Notes under the pieces: generated by a model
The model's input: the letters and a program-made list of their open reading frames with translations, nothing else
What the model was told of the DNA's origin: nothing
Database searches by the model: none
Shown: piece after piece, positions 29,058 through 39,775 of the stretch
How the letters are laid out: each line of letters starts with the position of its first letter
Position numbering within the stretch: the first letter of the stretch is position 1
Translations under genes and position numbers: made by a program
Assembly: GCA_964417645.1 (NCBI GenBank)
Contig: CAYQIS010000002.1
Span: 130,583 to 194,582 of the forward strand
Origin: an uncultured Spirochaetia bacterium
GTDB taxonomy: Bacteria; Oederibacteriota; PGYV01
Reading direction: 5' to 3'
DNA length: 64,000 nucleotides

Positions 29058-32021
29058 ATGATTAAAAAGATAACCGGATTTATTGTTCTTTTTGCCGCGT
29101 TTTTTTCCGCGGTATATGCCGCTGACTGCAATATATACGGGTTAACGGACAAGCAGTATATAAGGGGCTTTGGCGCCTCATCCGCATGGAGCGACTGGGG
29201 AGGAAATTCGGCGGGAAATACATGGCTTGTGTCACATGCCGATGAGTTTTTCACAACAACAAGCGGCATAGGGCTTACAATAATAAGGGCGAGGATAAAT
29301 CCCGTCCAAAGCGAATGGGGAAATACGGCTCCGCCTTTGCAGGCCGCACGTGACAGGGGCGCAACGGAAATATTTGCAACTGCCTGGACTCCTCCCGCGC
29401 AGTGGAAAAGCAATAATGCGGTTGACAACCAAAACGGAGGATACCTTCTGCCGCAGTATTATCAAAATTATGCAAATTATCTGAGGGATTATGTAATATA
29501 TATGAGGGATCAAAAACAGGTTAATATAACGGCAATATCACCCGCAAATGAACCTGATTACCGTGTAAGCTATGACGGATGCGACTGGACAGGCGAACAG
29601 CTGCGTGATTTTGTAAAAGGATATCTGGGGCCTACTTTTCAGGCCGCGGGGCTGACAACAAAAATAATTATAGGAGAATCTTTTGCGAATAATTGCGCTT
29701 ATGTAAACCCCACGGTGCTTGATTCCGTTGCAAGAGGTTTTCTTTTTGCCGGGGCCACGCATTTTTACGGGGGAGGACCTTATGACTGCCCAAATCTTGG
29801 TACTTACGGCAAGGAATTCTGGCAGACTGAAAAATCCAATTTCACAGCTTATGACGGCAGCATTACCCACGGCCTTATAACCGCCGAGTGGATTCACAGC
29901 GGGTTTGTGACCGGAAATTACAATGTTTTCCTTTATTGGTGGCTTGCTTCGGATCAGACAAACGAGGGTTTGACTTCGGTTACCCTTGGCACTCCAAAAA
30001 GATATTATACATTCGGAAACTTCAGTAAATTTGTAAGGCCCGGCTATTACAGAATAGACGCAACAGCGGCGCCCACAACAAATGTTTTGGTTACAGCCTA
30101 CAGGTCGGGGGACAGATCAAAATATGTGATTGTTGCAATAAACAAAAATACATCCGCGACTTCGCAAAAGTTTGTGTTAAACAACATTCCTGACGGAACA
30201 TACAATGTTTATGTCACATCTTCAACACAAAATCTTGCACAGGTTTCCAATATCAACGTAACGGGAGGCAGTTTTACATACAGCCTGCCCGCTCAAAGCG
30301 TTGTGTCTTTTGTGTCGCTTGGCGGGCCGACGCCAACGCCGACTTTCACGGTTACAGGAACGCCGCCTACCAATACTCCCACATCAACGGCAACCCCGCT
30401 TCCGGCGTCAATTTTATTTGATGATTTTGAGGATTTAAATTATAAAAATAACTTTAACGGCGACAATTACAAATATAACGGCAACAATTCAAATAATTTT
30501 GCAATGCAGTTTCTGCAGCCGGGCGCCGCATCAACCGGCAATTATATAAGGATTACGGGAACAGTTGCGGATTACGGCGGTTTTGGAATGAACTTTGCGG
30601 CTTCAGGAGCTGCTGATTTGTCCGCTTATCAGGGGATTGAATTCTATATTAAAGGAAGCGGAACATACTGGCTTCAGTTCACCCAGGATTCAATAACGGA
30701 TTATGACTATCATGGAATTGTTGTTACCGCCACATCAACTTGGACAAAAGTGACAGTTTTATTCAGCCAGCTTGCGCAGAAGAACGGCACAAATCCTGTT
30801 GCATTTACAAAAAACGCGCTTAATGCGGTGCAGTGGGCAAGCAACGGCAACGGCGCTTTTGACCTTCAGCTTGACGAAATAAGGCTTTTATACAACAGCA
30901 GCATAACGCCAACTTATACGAATACAATCCCTCCTCCGACAAACACCGCAACAAGGACGTTTACCAACACTTATACGGCAACATACACAAATACGCCGAC
31001 ATTTACCAATACGCCCGTACCCCCAACTTCAACAAATACAAGCACATATACGGCAACAGCAACAAACACCGCAACAAGGACATTTACCAATACCGCAACA
31101 AACACGCCGGTGCCTCCGACATCAACAAACACAAATACTTCCGTGCCTGCAACATCAACACACACCAACACTCAGGTTCCGCCGACTTTAACAAACACAA
31201 GTACAAACACATCGACGGCAACTTATACATACACGATAACTTATACGCCAAGCGAGACGGTTACAACAGGCGGACCCACGCTTACATTTACACAGACTTA
31301 TACAAATACGTATACGGCGACTCATACTGCCACAAACACTTATACAGATATCCCCACAAGCACGCCGACCAATGCGCCGCCGACATCAACTCACACCTCA
31401 ACAGCAACCGCAATTATTCCAACTTCAACAAACACAACCGTGTCTACAAGCACGTATACGCCTGTTAATACGGCAACATTTACACATACAAGCACGAACA
31501 CTTATACAAACACGCCCGTACCGCCGACTGCAACAAACACAGCGTCAAATACAAGCACGCGCACATACACTCAGACACCGACAAACACAATGACACGCAC
31601 GCCCACATATACATTTACCCAAACGTACACATACACGCACACGGAAACAATTGTTCCTTCGTTTACCAATACGCATACATTTACAGCAACAATAACGCCT
31701 ACTCCCACGCCGTCTGATGCAAAAGAGCAGGAGATAAAAGACATACTGCTGTATCCGCATCCGTATGATGCGGCAAAAGACAATTTAAAAATTATGTATA
31801 CAATAACAAAGAGGGCGCAGTCTGTTAAACTTTTGATATATTCATCGGCTTTCCGCCTGATACGCGAGGTTGAAATAGGCAGGGCGCTGTATGCAGGCAC
31901 GCATATCGGGGAGGTAAAGGCTTCACAGATAAGGCAGCTTGCAAACGGAACATATTATTTTGTGGTTAAGGATAATGAAGGCAAAAGGTCAAAAGCCGAT
32001 AAATTGATTGTCTTAAAATAA
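29058..32021 (+). CDS. secreted GH30 (subfamily 8-like glucuronoxylanase) with CBM-like module, alternating-Thr linker and C-terminal sorting domain
   Basis: Signal peptide. XynC-like motifs ([16 protein letters not shown] acid/base, FWQTE nucleophile). PT-linker, an FDDFEDL...LQLDEIRL module, about 265 aa of TxT repeats, and a C-terminal domain (ILLYPHPYD...[14 protein letters not shown]...GTYYFVV...KLIVLK). Confidence 0.75.
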   Translation: MIKKITGFIVLFAAFFSAVYAADCNIYGLTDKQYIRGFGASSAWSDWGGNSAGNTWLVSHADEFFTTTSGIGLTIIRARINPVQSEWGNTAPPLQAARDRGATEIFATAWTPPAQWKSNNAVDNQNGGYLLPQYYQNYANYLRDYVIYMRDQKQVNITAISPANEPDYRVSYDGCDWTGEQLRDFVKGYLGPTFQAAGLTTKIIIGESFANNCAYVNPTVLDSVARGFLFAGATHFYGGGPYDCPNLGTYGKEFWQTEKSNFTAYDGSITHGLITAEWIHSGFVTGNYNVFLYWWLASDQTNEGLTSVTLGTPKRYYTFGNFSKFVRPGYYRIDATAAPTTNVLVTAYRSGDRSKYVIVAINKNTSATSQKFVLNNIPDGTYNVYVTSSTQNLAQVSNINVTGGSFTYSLPAQSVVSFVSLGGPTPTPTFTVTGTPPTNTPTSTATPLPASILFDDFEDLNYKNNFNGDNYKYNGNNSNNFAMQFLQPGAASTGNYIRITGTVADYGGFGMNFAASGAADLSAYQGIEFYIKGSGTYWLQFTQDSITDYDYHGIVVTATSTWTKVTVLFSQLAQKNGTNPVAFTKNALNAVQWASNGNGAFDLQLDEIRLLYNSSITPTYTNTIPPPTNTATRTFTNTYTATYTNTPTFTNTPVPPTSTNTSTYTATATNTATRTFTNTATNTPVPPTSTNTNTSVPATSTHTNTQVPPTLTNTSTNTSTATYTYTITYTPSETVTTGGPTLTFTQTYTNTYTATHTATNTYTDIPTSTPTNAPPTSTHTSTATAIIPTSTNTTVSTSTYTPVNTATFTHTSTNTYTNTPVPPTATNTASNTSTRTYTQTPTNTMTRTPTYTFTQTYTYTHTETIVPSFTNTHTFTATITPTPTPSDAKEQEIKDILLYPHPYDAAKDNLKIMYTITKRAQSVKLLIYSSAFRLIREVEIGRALYAGTHIGEVKASQIRQLANGTYYFVVKDNEGKRSKADKLIVLK
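31240..32021 (+). repeat. 3' linker plus C-terminal-domain cassette, copy 1 (shared by five CAZyme genes)
   Basis: Roughly 650 bp are nearly identical at nucleotide level to 35770-36441. The cassette begins near the conserved island [16 protein letters not shown]. Confidence 0.8.
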
Positions 32022-32046
32022 CTTTTAACGTTTTAAATTCATTAAA

Positions 32047-32094
32047 GGCCCTTTATATGGTAAAATCAATTAATCCATATAAGGGGCTTTTTTT
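32047..32094 (+). terminator. intrinsic terminator-like hairpin (13-bp stem, 14-nt loop, T7 tract) ending 1 nt before the PL11 start codon; the stem includes the putative SD AAGGGG
   Basis: GGCCCTTTATATGG...CCATATAAGGGGC followed by TTTTTTT then ATG 32095. Confidence 0.6.
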
Positions 32095-35000
32095 ATGAAA
32101 AAGATCCTTTTTTTGTGTTTGACGATGCACCTTGCCTTTACGCTGCATGCGGCAAGGTACATGGAAAAGCTGGACAGGGGAGTTGTTGCTGTGCGCACGG
32201 GCACAAACAATGTGTATGTCGGATGGCGCATGTTTGCAACAGACCCTCAGGATGTTTCATTTAATGTTTACAGAAGCGGAGTAAAGGCAAACGCAACTCC
32301 GATAACCAATTCAACCAATTTTAACGACGTAACGACGGTTAACGGTACATATACCGTAAGGCCGATAATCGGAGGGATTGAACAGGCGGATTCTGAAACA
32401 GCCACGGTGTGGCCGCAGTTTTACATGACAATCCCTATGACCCCGCCTGATATGCTTACAATGCCTGACGGCGTCACCTGCACTTACAGCGCAAATGACT
32501 GTTCTGCGGCTGATTTGGACGGCGACGGCAAGTATGAAATAATAGTGAAATGGGATCCGTCCAATTCAAAGGACAATTCACAAGCCGGTTATACAGGCAA
32601 TGTATATCTTGACGCTTACAAGTTAAACGGCACCAGGCTTTGGAGAATAGACCTTGGAATTAATATCCGCGCCGGCGCCCACTATACGCAGTTTATGGTT
32701 TATGATTTAAACTCTGACGGCAAAGCGGAACTTGCATGCAAGACCGCGCCCGGTACAAAAGATTCATCAGGCGCGTATTTAAGCAGCGGGCCGGCTGCGT
32801 CTGACAATGACCAGGCTGATTACAGGAATTCAAGCGGATATATACTGTCAGGACCGGAATACCTGACTGTTTTTAACGGAGAAACAGGCCGCGAGATTAC
32901 AACAATAAATTATAATCCTCCGCGCGGTACAGTTTCTTCCTGGGGCGACAATTACGGAAACCGCGTTGACAGGTTTCTTGCGTGCATTGCCTATCTTGAC
33001 GGGGTTCATCCCAGTTTGGTCATGTGCCGCGGTTATTATACACGGGCGGTTTTGGTTGCATATGATTTTAACGGGACTGCGTTAAGCCAGCGCTGGATAT
33101 TTGATTCCAATTCGCCCGGTAACAGCGCTTATGCGGGCCAGGGAAACCATAATTTAAGCGTGGGGGATGTTGATAATGACGGCAGGGATGAAATAATATA
33201 CGGAAGCTGCGCAATTGATGACAACGGAACAGGTTTATATTCAACAGGCCTTGGCCACGGAGACGCCAACCATCTTGGCAACATGGACCCTGACAGGCCG
33301 GGACTTGAATACTTTCAGCCGCACGAGGAATATCCGCTTTCCGCCGGCGCTGAATACAGAGACCCTGCAACAGGAGCGCTTTTATGGGGATATCCTTCAA
33401 CTGCTGATGTGGGGCGCGGGCTTGCGGCCGACATAGACGGAAATTACAGGGGCTGGGAAATGTGGGCGTCTAATACGGACGGTATTTATAATGTAAAAGG
33501 AACAAGAATTTCAACTACAAAGCCTTCAATTAATTTCAGGATTTACTGGGACGGGGATCTATTGGATGAACTTCTTGACGGAACCAAACTTGACAAATGG
33601 AACGGAAACGGAACGACAAGACTTGTGACGATTTATAATTATGCGGGCGCAACGGAAAACAACGGCACAAAGGCAAATCCCGGATTAACCGCTGACTTGC
33701 TGGGCGACTGGCGTGAAGAAATGGTTTACAGAAATTCAACAAGCACCAATCTGATCATTTTTACCACAACAACACTTACAAATTACAGGTTCTATACATT
33801 TATGCATGACTTTCAATACCGTGTTTCCGTGGCCTGGCAGAATGTGGCTTATAATCAGCCCCCTCATGTGTCTTTTTATCTGGCCGACGGACCTTCCGCC
33901 CAGCCCGCGGGAAACATTATTTATCCTGCTTTAGGTGCAACCGCAACCCACACAGCCACACGCACCAATACCGCAACAAATACTCCCTCATTTACGTTTA
34001 CCGCAACAAGGACATTTACACACACACAAACACCCACTGCGACCGTAATTGCATCGGTAAATACGGATTTAATTGCAGGCTTTGCCACGCAAAACGGCGG
34101 CACAACAGGCGGTGCCGGCGGCCCGGAAGTGACAGTTACAAATCTTACTGACTTCATAACTTATGTGACAGATGATAATCCAAGGATAATAAAAGTTAAC
34201 GGTGAACTAAACAGCGGAGATGACAAGGGCAAGTCAGTGCGCGTGGGCTCCAATAAAAGCATAATTGGATGCGGTGCGGGCGCGTTTTTTAACGGTGTGG
34301 GTTTAATGATAAGCAATGACAGCAATATAATAATAAGAAACTGCAAATTTACACTGACTTCAATTACAAATACCACAGACCCCGCGGTATATGACCCGGA
34401 CGGGGATGAAGGCAGGCCGCAGATAATAGTAAACGGCGGGGACTGTATCAGCATTCAGAATACCAGCACAAATATATGGATAGATCATTGTGAGTTCTAT
34501 CAGGTTGACCCTGCCGTACAGACAAACCAGGATTTATATGACGGCCTTATTGACATAAAAAACAATTCAGATTACATAACCATATCATGGTGCTGTTTCC
34601 ATGACCATCATAAATGCCATTTAGTCGGAAGTTCAGATACTGATAACTATGACAGAAAGACCACCTTTCACCATAACTACTACAACAATATAAAAGAAAG
34701 AATGCCCAGCTACCGTTTTGGTACAGGGCATGTGTTTAATAATTATTATAACAGGGTATTAAGTTCTGCGGTAAATACAAGAATGGAAGCCGTGCTGCGT
34801 GTTGAGAACAATTATTTTGAAAATTCAATTGACTGCATAGTGGCAAAAAACAGCTTATTAAACGGTTTTTGGGATTTAAGAAGCGGCATAACAGGGCTTG
34901 ATAATTCAAATTTATATGTCTCCTGTTCGGGCAGCCAGCCGACCGTGTCAAACGGCACTTTTAACCCTTCTTATTCATATGCCGCAGTGCTTGAAGCGGC

Positions 35001-36441
35001 ATCAAATGTTAAGACAACGGTAATTAATAATGCGGGTGTGGGGAAATTAAATATCCCTTGCGGGGCAACTCCGGTAATTACAAACACCAACACTTCAACA
35101 AATACGGCCACAAATACGGCAACACGCACCTTTACATATACGGCAACCGCAACGGCCACACATTCGGCAACCAATACGCCGTTGCCTTCGGGATACAAAG
35201 AAATGCAGGCGGAAAACGCGTGCTCGTTTGACGGTGTATACGAAACAATTAATGCCGGATATACTGGCAGCAGTTATCTGAATTTGTATAACACAACAGG
35301 TTCTTCGGTTATGTTCTTTGTTGATTCGGCATCGGCGCAGGCATTAACCATAAATTACAGATATGCCAATGGGAGCGCTAACGCAAGGGGAATGCGTGTT
35401 ATTGTAAACGGAATTGTGCAATCAGCCCAGCTTAGTTTTGCGTCAACCGGCGCGTGGACTGTTTGGCAATATGAAAGCGTAAGCGTAAACTTAAACGCGG
35501 GGAGAAATGAGATTACAATAGAAGCCTTAACGGCCGAGGGCGGGCCAAACATTGACATGATTTATTTTGTGTCAGCCGCGGCTTCTTTTGCTTCCTGTGT
35601 TGAACCCACTTCAACGCCTTATGACACCGAAACACCGACTTTAACGGAAACTCCGGAGAATACGCATACAAATACAGCCACATACACATACACAATTACA
35701 GTGTCGTTCACCGCGACGTATACAAATACCGCTTCTTTTACATTAACTGCAACAAAAACATATACAAACATTCCAACAAATACGGCAACCAATGCGCCGC
35801 CGACATCAACGCACACATCAACATCAACCGCAATTGCGCCCACTTCAACAAACACAACCGTGTTTACAAATACGCACACGCCTGTTAATACGGCAACATT
35901 TACACATACAGGCACAAATACTTATACAAACACGCCGGTGCCGCCGACTGCGACAAACACGGCGTCAAATACAAGCACGCGCACATACACTCATACACCG
36001 ACAAACACAATGACACGCACGCCCACATATACATTTACCCAAACGTATACATACACGCACACGGAAACAATTGTTCCTTCGTTTACCAATACGCATACAT
36101 TTACAGCAACAATAACGCCTACTCCCACGCCGTCTGATGCAAAAGAGCAGGAGATAAAAGACATACTGCTGTATCCGCATCCGTATGATGCGGCAAAAGA
36201 CAATTTAAAAATTATGTATACAATAACAAAGAGGGCGCAGTCTGTTAAACTTTTGATATATTCATCGGCTTTCCGCCTGATACGCGAGGTTGAAATAGGC
36301 AGGGAATTGTATGCAGGCACGCATATCGGGGAAGTAAAGGCCTCGCAGATAAGACAGCTTGCAAACGGAACATATTATTTTGTGGTTAAGGATAATGAAG
36401 GAATAAGGTCCAAGGCCGATAAATTAATAATAATCAAATAG
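32095..36441 (+). CDS. bimodular pectin lyase: PL11 rhamnogalacturonan lyase + PL1 pectate lyase + CBM35/6-like module + alternating-Thr linker + C-terminal sorting domain
   Basis: The N-terminal ~600 aa align closely with YesW-type PL11 (LDRGVVAVRTG..., YSANDCSAADLDGDGKYEIIVKWDPSNSKDNSQAGYTGNVYLDAYKLNGTRLWRIDLGINIRAGAHYTQFMVYDL, YNQPPH). The middle has PL1 pectate-lyase motifs (SNKSIIG...DCISIQN...WIDHC..., HHNYYNN...R.P..RFG). Then a beta-sandwich CBM (EMQAENAC...IDMIYF), TxT linker and C-terminal domain. Ends in TAG. Confidence 0.85.
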   Translation: MKKILFLCLTMHLAFTLHAARYMEKLDRGVVAVRTGTNNVYVGWRMFATDPQDVSFNVYRSGVKANATPITNSTNFNDVTTVNGTYTVRPIIGGIEQADSETATVWPQFYMTIPMTPPDMLTMPDGVTCTYSANDCSAADLDGDGKYEIIVKWDPSNSKDNSQAGYTGNVYLDAYKLNGTRLWRIDLGINIRAGAHYTQFMVYDLNSDGKAELACKTAPGTKDSSGAYLSSGPAASDNDQADYRNSSGYILSGPEYLTVFNGETGREITTINYNPPRGTVSSWGDNYGNRVDRFLACIAYLDGVHPSLVMCRGYYTRAVLVAYDFNGTALSQRWIFDSNSPGNSAYAGQGNHNLSVGDVDNDGRDEIIYGSCAIDDNGTGLYSTGLGHGDANHLGNMDPDRPGLEYFQPHEEYPLSAGAEYRDPATGALLWGYPSTADVGRGLAADIDGNYRGWEMWASNTDGIYNVKGTRISTTKPSINFRIYWDGDLLDELLDGTKLDKWNGNGTTRLVTIYNYAGATENNGTKANPGLTADLLGDWREEMVYRNSTSTNLIIFTTTTLTNYRFYTFMHDFQYRVSVAWQNVAYNQPPHVSFYLADGPSAQPAGNIIYPALGATATHTATRTNTATNTPSFTFTATRTFTHTQTPTATVIASVNTDLIAGFATQNGGTTGGAGGPEVTVTNLTDFITYVTDDNPRIIKVNGELNSGDDKGKSVRVGSNKSIIGCGAGAFFNGVGLMISNDSNIIIRNCKFTLTSITNTTDPAVYDPDGDEGRPQIIVNGGDCISIQNTSTNIWIDHCEFYQVDPAVQTNQDLYDGLIDIKNNSDYITISWCCFHDHHKCHLVGSSDTDNYDRKTTFHHNYYNNIKERMPSYRFGTGHVFNNYYNRVLSSAVNTRMEAVLRVENNYFENSIDCIVAKNSLLNGFWDLRSGITGLDNSNLYVSCSGSQPTVSNGTFNPSYSYAAVLEAASNVKTTVINNAGVGKLNIPCGATPVITNTNTSTNTATNTATRTFTYTATATATHSATNTPLPSGYKEMQAENACSFDGVYETINAGYTGSSYLNLYNTTGSSVMFFVDSASAQALTINYRYANGSANARGMRVIVNGIVQSAQLSFASTGAWTVWQYESVSVNLNAGRNEITIEALTAEGGPNIDMIYFVSAAASFASCVEPTSTPYDTETPTLTETPENTHTNTATYTYTITVSFTATYTNTASFTLTATKTYTNIPTNTATNAPPTSTHTSTSTAIAPTSTNTTVFTNTHTPVNTATFTHTGTNTYTNTPVPPTATNTASNTSTRTYTHTPTNTMTRTPTYTFTQTYTYTHTETIVPSFTNTHTFTATITPTPTPSDAKEQEIKDILLYPHPYDAAKDNLKIMYTITKRAQSVKLLIYSSAFRLIREVEIGRELYAGTHIGEVKASQIRQLANGTYYFVVKDNEGIRSKADKLIIIK
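35765..36441 (+). repeat. 3' linker plus C-terminal-domain cassette, copy 2
   Basis: Over 95% identical to 31345-32021 by inspection; only a handful of substitutions. Confidence 0.8.
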
Positions 36442-36522
36442 AAAATATTCAAGAAATCCGAATGCTATTCGTAACAAAACAGATTTTTTAATGTCTAAAG
36501 AATGTAAGTTATCGGAGGACAA

Positions 36523-39500
36523 ATGAAAAAATTAATTATAAGTTTTTTGTTTTTTTTGGCCGCTATCCCGCTTTTCGCGGTTAATATATCAATAAACGTA
36601 AACCAGGAGCGCGCGCCGATATCGCCGCATATTTACGGCGCGAATATAGCCGGTGACCCTGAAGACCCGACACAGTATCAGCTTGCGGATGCTGTTAACT
36701 GGGCGTCGCGCAGGCAGGGCGGAAACCGTTTCACGGCATACAACTGGGAAAATAACGCCAGCAATGCCGGCGCTGATTACGGGCCTAACAGTTCAGACCC
36801 GTATCTTTGCATGGCATACGGGGTTACGAATTGTGACATTCCGGGTGAAGTGCTTACACGTTTTCATAATCAATGCCTGGCGCGCGGGCAAAGCGACCTT
36901 GTGACGCTGCAGATGGCAGGTTTTGCGGCTGCTGATAAAATATGGAATAACGGCGACCCGGGTGTTGCAACCGCAGACCTTACAACTGACAGGTGGAAGA
37001 CGGTTGTATATAAAAAACCGGGCGGACCTGCAAGCTTTGTAACCAATCCAAATACAACCGATGAATATGTTTATATGGATGAATATGTGAACTGGATGAA
37101 GAACAAGTTCGGGGGCGCAAACAGTCCCAACGGCATAAAAATGATATCATTGGACAATGAACCCACACTTTGGGCAACAACACACCCCAGAGTGCATCCC
37201 ACCCCCGTGACATACCTTGAACTAAAAAATAAAAGCATACAGCTTGCAACCGCGATAAAGGATGTTGACCCTGATGTGCTGATATTTGGCGCCGCTGATT
37301 TTGGCTGGTCCGCATTTATGAACTTAAACAATGCAACCGACAGAACAACCGAAGGCGCGGGGTACAGCTGGTTTATAGATTATTACCTTGATAAATTCAG
37401 GGCGGCTTCTTTGGCTTACGGCCGCAGGCTGCTTGATGTTTTGGATATTCATTGGTATCCTGAAGACAATGGAAATTCCTGCCGAATAGTATACACGGAA
37501 TATGACAGCGACTGCCCGAATAAAACAGACCCGTCAATAAATGCCGATGCGCGCATGCAGGCCCCCAGAACACTGTGGGACAGCACTTATAATCAGTCTT
37601 CCTGGATACCAAATCCCGTGAGATTAATTCCAAGACTTCAGAGTTCAATAGACGCTTATTATCCCGGAACAAAAATTGCAATAACAGAATATGATTTTGG
37701 AGGCGGAACTCATTTTTCGGGAGGTATTGCACAAGCGGATGCGCTTGGCGTATTTGGAAAATACGGCGTGTTTGCCGCATATTACTGGGATATTGCGCCG
37801 GGCCCGTACACGATTGCCGGTGTAAAATTATACAGGAACTATGACGGCGCAAAACACACATACGGCGACACAAAAGTAAAAGCTGACACGGATGATGTGG
37901 CCTCCATGCCCGTATATGCCTCGCAGTTTAACGGTGATGACAGCAAGCTTCATATAATAGTGATTAACAGAAGTTCCTCCGCCAAGCCGGCAAACATAAC
38001 AATTACAGGCCCTTATGCTTTTGATTCTGGCAGCGTTTGGGGTTTTGATTCAACCAGCTATACCATAACGGCAAGGGCGGGAATTACATCAATTACAGGA
38101 AATGCTTTTACCTATAATGTGCCTGCTTATACCGCGCTTCATATGGTTCTTAATTCTTCAATGATTACGCCCACATATACGAATACAGTAAATCCTTTAT
38201 TTACACACACCTTCACTCCAACCTCTACCAATACTCCGGAACCCGGGTTTATTTTTGATGACTTTGAAGACTTGAATTATAAAAACAATTTAAACGGGGA
38301 CAATTACAAATATAACGGCGCCAATTCAAATAATTTTGCAATGCAGTTTCTGCAGCCGGGCGCGGCATCAACAGGCAATTACATAAGAATTACCGGAACA
38401 GTTGCGGATTACGGCGGTTTTGGAATGAACTTTGCGCCATCAGGCGCTGCTGATTTGTCCGCTTATCAGGGGATTGAATTCTACATTAAAGGAAGCGGAA
38501 CATATTGGCTTCAGTTTACCCAGGATTCAATCACCGATTATGATTATTATGGAACGGTTGTGACGGCGACATCAACATGGACAAAAGTGACTGTTTTATT
38601 CAGCCAGCTTGCGCAAAAAAACGGCACAAATCCTGTTGCATTCACGAAGAACGCGCTTAACGCGGTTCAGTGGGCAAGCAACGGTAACGGCACATTTGAC
38701 ATAGCATTGGATGAAATTAAATTAATGCCGGTGATTGCAAGCACCCCCACATATACACATACCCTTACATACACTCAGACTGCAACCAATACGGCAACTT
38801 TTACGAATACCGCGACCCGTACAAATACAGCTGTTAATACAGCAACGAACACATATACAAATACATACACTTCCACATACACATTAACGCATACGGCCAC
38901 ATACACAAATACATTAACGGCAACATATACTTACACGGTTACCCATACCCCCAGCGAAACAGTCACAACAGGCGGACCCACACTTACATTTACCCATACA
39001 TTTACAAACACTTATACAAGCACAAGCACGTATACCGCGACACATACAGCTACAAGCACTGCGACAAATGTTCCTCCCTCTTCAACAAATACAAGCGTTT
39101 TTACAAGCACGCACACCCCTGTTAATATGGCAACATTTACACATACAGGCACAAACACTTATACAAACACGCCGGTTCCGCCGACTGCAACAAGTACAGC
39201 GTCAAATACAAGCACGCGCACATACACTCAGACACCGACAAACACAATGACACGAACGCCCACGCATACATTTACCAATACGTATACATACACGCACACG
39301 GAAACCGTAGTTCCTTCGTCTACCAACACGTATACATTTACGGCAACAATAACGCCTACTCCTACGCCGTCTGACGCAAAAGAGCAGGAGATAAAAGACA
39401 TACTGCTGTATCCGCACCCGTATGACGCAAAGAACGGGAATTTAAAGATAAAGTACACGATAACAAAAAGGGCGCAGTCAGTAAAGCTTTTGATATATTC

Positions 39501-39678
39501 ATCGGCGTTCCGATTGATACGCGAGGTTGAAATAGGCATGGAGCTGCATGCGGGGACGCATATCGGGGAAGTAAAGTCCTCGCAGATAAAAACGCTTGCG
39601 AACGGAACATATTATTTTGTGGTTAAGGACAGCGAAGGAACAAGGTCAAAAGCGGATAAAATAATAGTATTGAAATGA
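36523..39678 (+). CDS. secreted GH44 family glycoside hydrolase (endoglucanase/xyloglucanase type) with CBM-like module, alternating-Thr linker and C-terminal sorting domain
   Basis: GH44 hallmarks ([95 protein letters not shown]). An FDDFEDL module about 90% identical in DNA to the one in the GH30 gene. Confidence 0.8.
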   Translation: MKKLIISFLFFLAAIPLFAVNISINVNQERAPISPHIYGANIAGDPEDPTQYQLADAVNWASRRQGGNRFTAYNWENNASNAGADYGPNSSDPYLCMAYGVTNCDIPGEVLTRFHNQCLARGQSDLVTLQMAGFAAADKIWNNGDPGVATADLTTDRWKTVVYKKPGGPASFVTNPNTTDEYVYMDEYVNWMKNKFGGANSPNGIKMISLDNEPTLWATTHPRVHPTPVTYLELKNKSIQLATAIKDVDPDVLIFGAADFGWSAFMNLNNATDRTTEGAGYSWFIDYYLDKFRAASLAYGRRLLDVLDIHWYPEDNGNSCRIVYTEYDSDCPNKTDPSINADARMQAPRTLWDSTYNQSSWIPNPVRLIPRLQSSIDAYYPGTKIAITEYDFGGGTHFSGGIAQADALGVFGKYGVFAAYYWDIAPGPYTIAGVKLYRNYDGAKHTYGDTKVKADTDDVASMPVYASQFNGDDSKLHIIVINRSSSAKPANITITGPYAFDSGSVWGFDSTSYTITARAGITSITGNAFTYNVPAYTALHMVLNSSMITPTYTNTVNPLFTHTFTPTSTNTPEPGFIFDDFEDLNYKNNLNGDNYKYNGANSNNFAMQFLQPGAASTGNYIRITGTVADYGGFGMNFAPSGAADLSAYQGIEFYIKGSGTYWLQFTQDSITDYDYYGTVVTATSTWTKVTVLFSQLAQKNGTNPVAFTKNALNAVQWASNGNGTFDIALDEIKLMPVIASTPTYTHTLTYTQTATNTATFTNTATRTNTAVNTATNTYTNTYTSTYTLTHTATYTNTLTATYTYTVTHTPSETVTTGGPTLTFTHTFTNTYTSTSTYTATHTATSTATNVPPSSTNTSVFTSTHTPVNMATFTHTGTNTYTNTPVPPTATSTASNTSTRTYTQTPTNTMTRTPTHTFTNTYTYTHTETVVPSSTNTYTFTATITPTPTPSDAKEQEIKDILLYPHPYDAKNGNLKIKYTITKRAQSVKLLIYSSAFRLIREVEIGMELHAGTHIGEVKSSQIKTLANGTYYFVVKDSEGTRSKADKIIVLK
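38245..38735 (+). repeat. CBM-like module DNA repeat (paralogous copy of 30411-30900)
   Basis: About 490 bp at roughly 90% nucleotide identity between the GH30 and GH44 genes. Encodes [12 protein letters not shown]...[28 protein letters not shown]... Confidence 0.75.
38935..39678 (+). repeat. 3' linker plus C-terminal-domain cassette, copy 3
   Basis: Shares the [16 protein letters not shown] island and a C-terminal domain at roughly 85-90% DNA identity to the other copies. Confidence 0.7.
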
Positions 39679-39707
39679 TTTAAAAAGATGCCTGATATAT
39701 CTGACAG

Positions 39708-39736
39708 TTGACAATATAAAATTTTCTGTGTATATT
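39708..39736 (+). promoter_or_regulatory. sigma-70-like promoter of the GH5 gene
   Basis: TTGACA-17 nt-TATATT about 40 nt upstream of ATG 39776 (RBS GGAGA). Confidence 0.55.
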
Positions 39737-39775
39737 TATGCAAACGATTGTTTAAAATATTACATGGAGAATTTT

